Shown here in pieces: positions 51,529-59,490 of a DNA stretch of 64,000 bases. A model generated the notes under the pieces. It was given only the letters and a program-made list of their open reading frames with translations, was not told where the DNA came from and did no database searches. The first letter of the stretch is position 1. Every line of letters starts with the position of its first letter. Source of the stretch: Candidatus Poribacteria bacterium (GTDB taxonomy: Bacteria > Poribacteria > WGA-4E > WGA-3G); contig OZ243938.1 of assembly GCA_965214095.1 (NCBI GenBank), forward strand, positions 2,752,001-2,816,000. The letters run 5' to 3'. The translations under genes were made by a program, and so were the position numbers.

Positions 51529-52725
51529 ATGATAGGTAGAATCACCGACCGACAAATAAAGAAACAGATCCGTCAGATTCGGATGCGTTCAATAATCCTT
51601 CTGTCACTCATTTTCCACCTGAGTTTAGCTATTGTATACCTCTTCCTACATCTAAATGGCGTGCCGGAATTCCAAATCAAGCCAACCGACACCGCCCTCT
51701 TTGAAAACATTACTTGGCAGGAACGTCTAAATATACCGAAACGTCCACTGTCAAACCTAAATTCTGAACAGGATCAAGACTTCTCAGGTAACCCGCTACA
51801 AGAGATAGAAGATGCTAAACATATACAACCAGAAGTTGCAGAACTCAGTTCCAGAGTTGTTATTCATGATGTTGAAAATAACGCTGCTCCTATAGATGAC
51901 AACGTTCCTGAACTTATGACAGACGCTAAATTAAGGGACGCTGAAGCTTCTAACCTAAGCCACCTTGTATCACTTCCAGGACGAACTGACGGTATTGGAC
52001 GCGTTACTGGAGATGTCAGGGCACCAGGAAATGGAACAGACAGCAGAATAGGTGGACCCCCTCGGATACTCGGTCCTGGAGGTCCAGGCACACACGATAT
52101 AGAATCTGATATAGAACATGGGCCCGGCGATCCACTACCTATCATCGAATTACCCGATGATCCTGATGGAAAAAACAAGGTCATTTACTGTCTTGATATC
52201 TCCGCAAGCATGCAAGCAGCAGGACTCAACAAACTTAATTTAGCAATCCAAGCAATTAAAGATTCTATCTTGAGTCTCGGAAGCAACGACACATTCAATA
52301 TCGTTGTGTTTTCTTCTGATGTTAGAACAATGAGCAAAGAGATGTTACCTGCCAATGAGGTTAATGTGAAACGTACCATGCAGTACCTTGACAATTTCAC
52401 ACCAGATAGCATTCAACACAATCGTGGAACGAATATCCTTACCGCGCTTGAAGCATCATTGATGTTTAACTCTTCCGTTATCGTATTGGTAACGGACGGT
52501 CTCCCACATACAATTGAAGGACACAACATTGAAACTGATACACAGACAATTCTCAATATAGTAAGAGAGAAGAATCACACCAGCACGGACATCTATGTCG
52601 TCGCGCTTGAGATAGACTTGAAACGTTCTGTCGGTGCACAATTGCTCATATCTTTGACACAAGAACACAATGGAACACTTAAAGTGCTGGACACAGAAAC
52701 ATTACGCATGTATAGTTCGCAATAA
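51529..52725 (+). CDS. Membrane-anchored vWA domain protein (paralog 1)
   Basis: TM with SLIFH; MIDAS DISASM, GTNI, LVTDG. Confidence 0.85.
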   Translation: MIGRITDRQIKKQIRQIRMRSIILLSLIFHLSLAIVYLFLHLNGVPEFQIKPTDTALFENITWQERLNIPKRPLSNLNSEQDQDFSGNPLQEIEDAKHIQPEVAELSSRVVIHDVENNAAPIDDNVPELMTDAKLRDAEASNLSHLVSLPGRTDGIGRVTGDVRAPGNGTDSRIGGPPRILGPGGPGTHDIESDIEHGPGDPLPIIELPDDPDGKNKVIYCLDISASMQAAGLNKLNLAIQAIKDSILSLGSNDTFNIVVFSSDVRTMSKEMLPANEVNVKRTMQYLDNFTPDSIQHNRGTNILTALEASLMFNSSVIVLVTDGLPHTIEGHNIETDTQTILNIVREKNHTSTDIYVVALEIDLKRSVGAQLLISLTQEHNGTLKVLDTETLRMYSSQ

Positions 52726-52740
52726 CGGTAGGCGCGCTTT

Positions 52741-52818
52741 GATGAAGATTAAATTATATAATTGGGTAATTTTCATTTTCCCAAACCCGGTAGGTGCGGT
52801 TTCCTAACCGCACCGGAC
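52741..52818. repeat. Partial copy (reverse complement) of the MITE at 62875-62990
   Basis: GATGAAGATTAA...GGGTAATT..CATTTTCCCAAACCCGGTAGGTGCGGTTTCCTAACCGCACCGGAC. Confidence 0.75.
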
Positions 52819-52862
52819 ATCGCAAGGCAAAATGTAGAAGCAATTCTAAAACCAACAATAAA

Positions 52863-53366
52863 ATGACAGAGGAACTCACTTATAAAATCGCAAAGTGTTG
52901 CAATCCCGATGAAGATAACCCAATTATAGGTTATTTCAAGGAAGATAGCACCATCACTGTTCACAACACATCATGTCCAACAATACCAGGTTTGAGAACA
53001 GAAAGGTTGTTAGACGTATCGTGGGATGAAATACAGAAATCTAAAACGCCAGATACTTCACCGGAAATGCCAGAATTAGATGAAACGGATTACTTTATTT
53101 TGAAACATCATCAGGAATTGGGTGTGGATTATTCTATAGTTGTCGCTGAAACATTGAGAATCCCGCTTGAAGAAATGCATAAACGACATCGCAAATTAAA
53201 AGAACTTGGCGGATTGAAACGCGTTGAAGGACGTATCATTCAATACCGCAAAAATATCGTCAAAGGGAAATGGATTAAACACCGAAACCATACATATTAT
53301 GAACTCACCCCCAAAGGAAGTGAGTGGATAAACGTCTTTGAAAGACTTTCGTCTAATTCTGATTGA
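52863..53366 (+). CDS. RelA/SpoT-type zinc-finger (RIS/ZFD) module fused to a DUF2250-like winged helix
   Basis: AKCCNP....IIGY.....ITVH...C; C-terminal IKHRNHTYYELT; start MTEELTY at 52863. Confidence 0.7.
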   Translation: MTEELTYKIAKCCNPDEDNPIIGYFKEDSTITVHNTSCPTIPGLRTERLLDVSWDEIQKSKTPDTSPEMPELDETDYFILKHHQELGVDYSIVVAETLRIPLEEMHKRHRKLKELGGLKRVEGRIIQYRKNIVKGKWIKHRNHTYYELTPKGSEWINVFERLSSNSD

Positions 53367-53400
53367 AGCCTTCATATAATATTACAAGGAGAATTCCATA

Positions 53401-54591
53401 ATGTTAAACGAAATACAGGAGCGATATGCTGAAAAAGAACTGCGCAGAACGCGGATGCGATCAATTATCTTGCTCTCACTCATTGTTCACTTGAGTGCTG
53501 CTATTGTCTACCTATTCTTGCCATTAGGCAACATTGCAGAACAACAAGCAGATGCACTCGCTTTTGACCTATTTAAAGAACAGGATCCCCTGCTTGAACG
53601 AAAACTCAGACCGAAACCGCCACTTTCAAAAAAACGTCTTGATCCTAATCAGAAACTCGCCAAAGATGCACTCCAGAAAAAGATTGATGCAGCAAAAAAT
53701 GAACGGGACGAAGTTGTCAAATTAAGTGAAAGAGTCGTGATCCATGATGTTGAAGTCAACAATGCCCCCATAAACGAATTAGTACCGGACGTGATGACTG
53801 ACGCAAAACTAAGAGAAGCCGAAGCTTCAAACCTAAGCAAATTGATCTCACAACCCGGACGCACGGATGGTGTGGGTCTTGTCACAGGTCGTGTCCGCGC
53901 ACGCGGTGATGGTTTCGGAAAATTTCGTGGATCCTCGCAAGGCGGCGGGGGAGATGGACTCCTTGAAGGCGGTGGAAGTTCTGGATACAAAGACCCACTC
54001 GGAATCATCAAATTCCTAAATGATCTTGATGGACCACAGAATGTCGTGTATTGTCTTGATGTCTCCGCAAGTATGCAAGCAGCAGGTCTCAACAAGTTGG
54101 AATTAGCACTCAATGCCGTCAAAGATTCGGTACTAATGCTTGGAAGTGATGATAAATTCAATATCGTTCCTTTCTCTACAACTGCTAAAATAATGAGCGA
54201 AAAACTTTTACCGGCAGATGAGAAAAATATCAAACATGCATTGTGGTATCTTGACAGATTCACACCAGCAAGCATTCAAAACAACAGAGGCACAAACATC
54301 CTTGAAGCACTAAAAACTGCCTTGGCACATGAATCCTCTGTCATTGTGCTCGTTACAGATGGACTCCCGACAACAATTCAGGGACAGGAAATCGAAACTA
54401 ATCCTGAAAATATACTTGCTCTTGTCCAAGAACAGAATGTCCAGAATGCAAGAATTTATGTTGTAGCACTTGAGATCGACTTGCGGACATCCCCTGGTGC
54501 ATACTTACTTGAATCAATTGCTATCCAAAATAATGGAGACCTAAAGGTCGTTAATCAAGAAAAGTTGATGGAGTTGAACCAACAAAAATAA
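53401..54591 (+). CDS. Membrane-anchored vWA domain protein (paralog 2)
   Basis: TM with SLIVH; DVSASM, GTNI, LVTDG; extensive identity to 51529-52725. Confidence 0.85.
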   Translation: MLNEIQERYAEKELRRTRMRSIILLSLIVHLSAAIVYLFLPLGNIAEQQADALAFDLFKEQDPLLERKLRPKPPLSKKRLDPNQKLAKDALQKKIDAAKNERDEVVKLSERVVIHDVEVNNAPINELVPDVMTDAKLREAEASNLSKLISQPGRTDGVGLVTGRVRARGDGFGKFRGSSQGGGGDGLLEGGGSSGYKDPLGIIKFLNDLDGPQNVVYCLDVSASMQAAGLNKLELALNAVKDSVLMLGSDDKFNIVPFSTTAKIMSEKLLPADEKNIKHALWYLDRFTPASIQNNRGTNILEALKTALAHESSVIVLVTDGLPTTIQGQEIETNPENILALVQEQNVQNARIYVVALEIDLRTSPGAYLLESIAIQNNGDLKVVNQEKLMELNQQK

Positions 54592-54612
54592 TCTTTTGAA
54601 ATCAAATTAATT

Positions 54613-55419
54613 ATGAACCAAAAATCCGCTGCAGATATTATCCAGCACTTCAGATTAGATGGCAAAGTAAGCCTCGTAAGTGGTGCAAGTCGTGGCATAG
54701 GTAGAGCAATGGCAGAAGGACTTGCAGGGGCAGGCTCAAAACTTGTCATCGCTGGCAGAGAGATTGACACGCTTACACCTGTCGCAGAAAAGATTGCTGA
54801 CGAAACAGGCAACACTGTCCTACCAATTCAAGCAGATGTCGGCGATCTTCAGGAGATTGAGGCACTCGTTGACCAGACTGTCAAAACCTTCGGTAGACTT
54901 GACATCCTGGTCAACAATGCGGGTGTGAATGTCCGAAATCCCGCGTTAGAATTCTCCGAAGAAGATTGGGATTTCGTTACAGGTGTCAACTTAAAGGGAG
55001 CATTCTTTCTCGCAAAAGCATGTGGCAAGGTCATGGAAAAGCAAGGCAGTGGCAAAGTTATCAATACGTTGTCGTTGACATCCGCTATTGGACTACCAAC
55101 AAGTGTTGCTTACACAGCAGCGAAAGGCGGTCTATTGCAGCTCACCAAACTTCTCGCTGTTGAATGGGCAGAACATAACATACAAGTCAACGGCATCGCA
55201 CCGGGTTTTATCCGCACTGAGATGACCGCGCCAGCAAGGGAAGATAGTCGAAACGAATGGGTCCTCAATCGCACCCCCGCATATCGATGGGGTGAACCGG
55301 AAGACCTTGCAGGATTGACAATTTTCTTCGCTTCTAACGCATCCGACTTTGTTACAGGACAAATGGTCTTTGTTGATGGTGGATTTATGGCTGGCAGTGA
55401 TTGGAGAAAACGAAAATAA
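54613..55419 (+). CDS. SDR oxidoreductase (gluconate 5-dehydrogenase/KduD-like)
   Basis: GASRGIG, NNAG, YTAAK, EWA..IQVNGIAPG, VDGG. Confidence 0.9.
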   Translation: MNQKSAADIIQHFRLDGKVSLVSGASRGIGRAMAEGLAGAGSKLVIAGREIDTLTPVAEKIADETGNTVLPIQADVGDLQEIEALVDQTVKTFGRLDILVNNAGVNVRNPALEFSEEDWDFVTGVNLKGAFFLAKACGKVMEKQGSGKVINTLSLTSAIGLPTSVAYTAAKGGLLQLTKLLAVEWAEHNIQVNGIAPGFIRTEMTAPAREDSRNEWVLNRTPAYRWGEPEDLAGLTIFFASNASDFVTGQMVFVDGGFMAGSDWRKRK

Positions 55420-55420
55420 C

Positions 55421-55654
55421 ATGGAGAATCAGCCAACACCTTCTGCTTTGCAACAAGCGGAACAAATCGTATCAGAATTTGGCATTGATGGTGCAATCCT
55501 GTATGATCATAAACCTGTTTTAAGGATACAAGTCCCCGACTCTGTTTTTACGGATGTACTCAATCTCCGAACCGAACTCGTTGAGAAACTAAAGCCTACC
55601 GGTTTTCGTTTCATTGCCCTCGACCTTGACGGCAATCATACCATCTCTAATTAA
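55421..55654 (+). CDS. Small protein resembling the C-terminal domain of LarE
   Basis: 77 aa starting right after the SDR stop; VLRIQV...LK..GFRFIALDLDG. Confidence 0.6.
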   Translation: MENQPTPSALQQAEQIVSEFGIDGAILYDHKPVLRIQVPDSVFTDVLNLRTELVEKLKPTGFRFIALDLDGNHTISN

Positions 55655-56013
55655 AACATACCATTAAAGAAATAGTTGGTTCGAATGTCTTATGCACATT
55701 TGCCAAACACAATAATGCGCCTCGGACATTCATAGTAGTAGGCATACTCCGTATGCCGTTATTATACCATTTCTAATAGATAAGGTATCATTGGGAATTT
55801 GTAGATTTATCCTCAATTTGCTGAATATAAGAGGCGCAATGAATTGCGCGACTACGAGCGTCTGTTTTGATAATGAGTAGTTTTTATTTAGAAGTGGTAT
55901 TACAACGTTGTCGTCGCGCAACACAATACTGCGCCTCGGACATTCTCAATCTAAATTAGAATTTATACTCTCATAATGAGATATTCTCTATTAGAATTGG
56001 TATAACATTCACG

Positions 56014-56048
56014 AAAAAGAAGGTAGCGATCCGGAGACCGCTACCTTC
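56014..56048 (-). terminator. Intrinsic terminator
   Basis: GAAGGTAGCGGTC-TCCG-GATCGCTACCTTC-TTTTT (13-bp stem, one G-U). Confidence 0.8.
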
Positions 56049-56227
56049 ATAAATCGCGATTTGGATAACGCGCCTGCCCAAATCGCGATTTGGTGAGCAC
56101 GCCCTTAGGGGAGAGGGACGGGCGTACTCACGACTGTTAGGCACATGATATGCCTAAGTCCTTACATCTTTTTCTATTGAATACTTTCAAAAAACAGCGA
56201 AATCAAACTGAAGACACGTTAATTTCC
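56014..56227 (-). ncRNA. Candidate sigma54-dependent small RNA
   Basis: Lies between the -24/-12 promoter and a terminator; three internal hairpins, two with G-U pairs that form only on the minus strand; no ORF over 60 aa. Confidence 0.6.
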
Positions 56228-56237
56228 GATACTATTG

Positions 56238-56253
56238 AGCAAGTTTCATGCCA
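56238..56253 (-). promoter_or_regulatory. Sigma54 (-24/-12) promoter
   Basis: TGGCATGAAACTTGCT vs consensus TGGCAC-N5-TTGCW, correct spacing; divergent from a sigma54 activator gene. Confidence 0.75.
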
Positions 56254-56440
56254 TATATCCAATTTTTTACCGATTATGGCAGCAAAAACATAAAGACAAG
56301 AAAATGTCGCAAATCTTATATACGTTGTAAACAGTGATTTACACTGGATTTATAGGCATCACCTTTTTTATGAAAGTTTTTAAAAAAGAATTTTGATTTT
56401 TTAAAATTACATATTGTAGACTAACTCTAAATTAGTCGTG

Positions 56441-56499
56441 TACGCAAAAAATGCATGGCGATTCATGCAAATATTGCGTTGCTCATGCAAAAAATGCGT
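56441..56499. promoter_or_regulatory. Candidate upstream activator sequences (3x GCA-N5-TGC)
   Basis: GCAAAAAATGC 56444, GCAAATATTGC 56467, GCAAAAAATGC 56487; about 190-245 bp upstream of the sigma54 promoter. Confidence 0.55.
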
Positions 56500-56757
56500 C
56501 CTCAAAATGTGTCGGAATTCGCCTGTTTCAATCTGAAAAAACATTGTTTGAATCACAAAATTTTCACATCAAGTCAACTAAATGTTTCTAATTACGTTTA
56601 TGGAATTGATAAGACAATGTGCTGCATTTTATTGCCTACAATGCAAGAATGATTTGAGTATGGTAATGACGCATCATACATCCATCAGCATTGGGAAAAT
56701 GAAATTGCATTAACTTAAATAGACTTCGTCCAGAATAATATACTTAAGGAGCACATT

Positions 56758-57849
56758 ATGAACAAACAACCCGCATTCATCGAATTACCCTCTGCACCCA
56801 TGCAGACGATCTATCAGAAAATCAAGCAGGTTGTGAATTCTAATATCCCTTTTTTAATTACTGGAGAAACAGGAGTTGGTAAGGAAGGAATAGCAAAGTA
56901 TATACACGAAAATAGTTCACGACGAGACAAACCGTTTGTCGCGATAAACTGTGGAAGGTTCTCTGCTGAGCTTCTCCAAAGTGAACTTTTTGGGCATGAG
57001 GAAGGAGCATTTACCAGTGCAATCCGAAAACGGCAAGGTGCATTTGAACAAGCGAATGGTGGGATACTCTTTTTAGATGAAATCCCCGAAATGTCTTTTG
57101 ATGCACAAAAGATGCTACTCCGGGTTTTAGACACAACGACATTTACAAGACTCGGTGGAAATCATACCCTATCAGTAGATGTGCATATACTCACTGCGAC
57201 CAACAAGAATATTGAAAAAGTTGTTGAGGAACAACAATTCCGGAAGGACCTTTACTATCGCCTCAAAGGGTTGACCCTCTATCTACCGCCTTTACGGCAA
57301 CGAACAGAGGATATCGCACCATTGGTAGATGCTTTCATTCGTGAATTCAGTGCTGAATATGGTAAGGAGGTAATCGGAATTAGTCCAGAAGCACTGAATC
57401 ACCTTGAGCAAGCGGCGTGGCCCGGTAATATCCGGCAGTTGAGAAGCACTATACAAACCGCTATGGCTCTCACAACATCAGATACTCTTGAACCAAAAGA
57501 TTTCCCAAACATCTATCCTGAGTTCCTTCAAACGCTCATCTCAGTATGGGGGGCACTCCCAGCACAAACACAACAAGCAATATGGGAAGCACTCCATCCG
57601 GAAACACAACATATTATAATGCATGAATTCTCAACACAGATGCCACAACCGTGGTACAGTATGAGAAATTCAACTGATGCAGATGATGAAGTGTTAAATA
57701 TCGCTGACATGGAGCAAAATGAAATACTACGGGATGTCGCTCAAATGCGGATAGAAAAATATTCATCACTCCGAGAGGCAGCTGATTCGTTGGGTATTGA
57801 TATCAGAACCCTTCAACGGCACGCACAATGGAATAATGGAGACGATTAA
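56758..57849 (+). CDS. Sigma54-dependent transcriptional activator (AAA+ and HTH, no N-terminal regulatory domain)
   Basis: GETGVGKE, SELFGHEEGAFTSA, LFLDEI, FRKDLYYRL, WPGNIRQL, C-terminal HTH AADSLGIDIRTL. Confidence 0.9.
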   Translation: MNKQPAFIELPSAPMQTIYQKIKQVVNSNIPFLITGETGVGKEGIAKYIHENSSRRDKPFVAINCGRFSAELLQSELFGHEEGAFTSAIRKRQGAFEQANGGILFLDEIPEMSFDAQKMLLRVLDTTTFTRLGGNHTLSVDVHILTATNKNIEKVVEEQQFRKDLYYRLKGLTLYLPPLRQRTEDIAPLVDAFIREFSAEYGKEVIGISPEALNHLEQAAWPGNIRQLRSTIQTAMALTTSDTLEPKDFPNIYPEFLQTLISVWGALPAQTQQAIWEALHPETQHIIMHEFSTQMPQPWYSMRNSTDADDEVLNIADMEQNEILRDVAQMRIEKYSSLREAADSLGIDIRTLQRHAQWNNGDD

Positions 57850-57968
57850 TATATTTGTAGCATAAGAGCAAACTTACTTGATATTACACAATATAGGCGA
57901 GGTATTCACACCTCGCCTATATTGTTAAAGTAACGCGATTCGTCTCCAATGGCTCGGTTTCTGTTCAT

Positions 57969-58071
57969 TATAGTAGATTTTGAAATTACTTGAACACTCT
58001 GCATCGGCGAGGTTAGGAAACCTCGCCTACCGTGGGTCGAAAGTGTCAACTTATATTTATAATTCACTATA
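57969..58071. mobile_element. 103-bp MITE (copy of 11598-11700)
   Basis: Near-identical sequence; TATAGTAG...TTCACTATA ends. Confidence 0.75.
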
Positions 58072-58142
58072 ACACTTTTTTCTTGTGGATTCATTGGAAA
58101 TGTGCTACACTTACCAAAGATTCAAAACAGGAGGTGATGCAA

Positions 58143-59453
58143 ATGCTTCAACCAAAACCCCCACGCGCATTTCATGTGATGACAAAGCCAATCGGTCCAA
58201 TCTGCAATTTAGATTGCGAATACTGCTTCTACTTGGAAAAAGAAGAACTCTATCCAGAAACTCGTTCATTTAGAATGGGGGACGAGACTTTGGAAAATTA
58301 CGTCAAACAATATATAGAAGCACAACAGGTTAACGAAGTTACTTTTGCATGGCAAGGTGGCGAACCCACTTTGATGGGTATAGATTTTTTCAAGCAAGCA
58401 GTCCGATATCAGCAGAGATATAGACGCACGGGCATGACTATCCAGAACACATTCCAGACCAATGCAACACTACTTGACGATGAATGGGGTCAATTCTTCA
58501 AACGGAACAAGTTCCTAATCGGAATCAGTATTGACGGACCACCTGAAATTCACGACAAATACCGCTATGACAAACGCGGTCGTCCATCATCTGATCAGGT
58601 AATAAGCGGGTTGCGGATTTTACAAAACCATAGAGTTGATTATAATATACTTTGTGTTGTCAATAATCATAATGCTGAGTACCCGAAGGAAGTGTACGCC
58701 TATTTCAAAGAACTCGGTGCGGAGTTCATGCAGTTTATCCCTGCTGTTGAACATTTTGATGGTGAAAATGTGTCCCCGCGATCTGTCACAGCAAAGCAGT
58801 ATGGCAAATTCCTAACCGCGATTTTTGATGAGTGGGTCGTCAGTGACATCGGAAAAATCTTTGTGCAGATATTTGATGTAGCGTTAGAAGCGTGGATGGG
58901 GTATAATCCGAGCCTTTGTGTGTTCAATGAAACTTGTGGGGATGCAATGGCGATTGAACATAATGGCGATCTCTACTCATGTGACCATTACGTTGATCCT
59001 GAATACCTCATCGGAAACATAGAAGAAACATCATTAGCAGATCTTGTGGATTCACCGTTCCAACGCAAGTTTGGCACTGATAAGAAGGATACACTACCGG
59101 AATACTGTCGTAATTGCGAAGTGAAGTTCGTATGCAATGGTGGTTGTCCGAAAAACCGAATCATCAAAACACCCGATGGAGAAGATGGGTTGAACTACCT
59201 CTGTGATGGTTATAAGCACTTTTTCAATCATATTGATGAACCGATGAAACTCATGGCTTCCGCACTAAAGATGGGAAAACCTGCCAATAGTATCATACCA
59301 ATGATACGTGAGAAACAGAATCCAAAGTCTAAACGCAGTATCACGAGGACACAACCTGCTGGCACATCCTCACAGAAAATTGGACGAAATTCACCGTGTC
59401 CATGTGGAAGTGGACGTAAATATAAACAGTGCTGTTTAGGAAAGGACACATAA
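58143..59453 (+). CDS. Anaerobic sulfatase maturase (radical SAM/SPASM) with C-terminal SEC-C motif
   Basis: CNLDCEYC, WQGGEP, YSCDHYV, CRNC..C.GGCPK, GRNSPCPCGSGRKYKQCC; GGAGG RBS. Confidence 0.93.
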   Translation: MLQPKPPRAFHVMTKPIGPICNLDCEYCFYLEKEELYPETRSFRMGDETLENYVKQYIEAQQVNEVTFAWQGGEPTLMGIDFFKQAVRYQQRYRRTGMTIQNTFQTNATLLDDEWGQFFKRNKFLIGISIDGPPEIHDKYRYDKRGRPSSDQVISGLRILQNHRVDYNILCVVNNHNAEYPKEVYAYFKELGAEFMQFIPAVEHFDGENVSPRSVTAKQYGKFLTAIFDEWVVSDIGKIFVQIFDVALEAWMGYNPSLCVFNETCGDAMAIEHNGDLYSCDHYVDPEYLIGNIEETSLADLVDSPFQRKFGTDKKDTLPEYCRNCEVKFVCNGGCPKNRIIKTPDGEDGLNYLCDGYKHFFNHIDEPMKLMASALKMGKPANSIIPMIREKQNPKSKRSITRTQPAGTSSQKIGRNSPCPCGSGRKYKQCCLGKDT

Positions 59454-59490
59454 ACCGACACGTATGATGTATGAAATTTAAAGGAAATGT

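Noticed and set aside
58032-58142. N-terminal extension of the sulfatase maturase (likewise 52794-52862 and 62810-62869 for their genes)
   Set aside because: These extensions begin inside REP/MITE sequence; better-supported starts lie downstream
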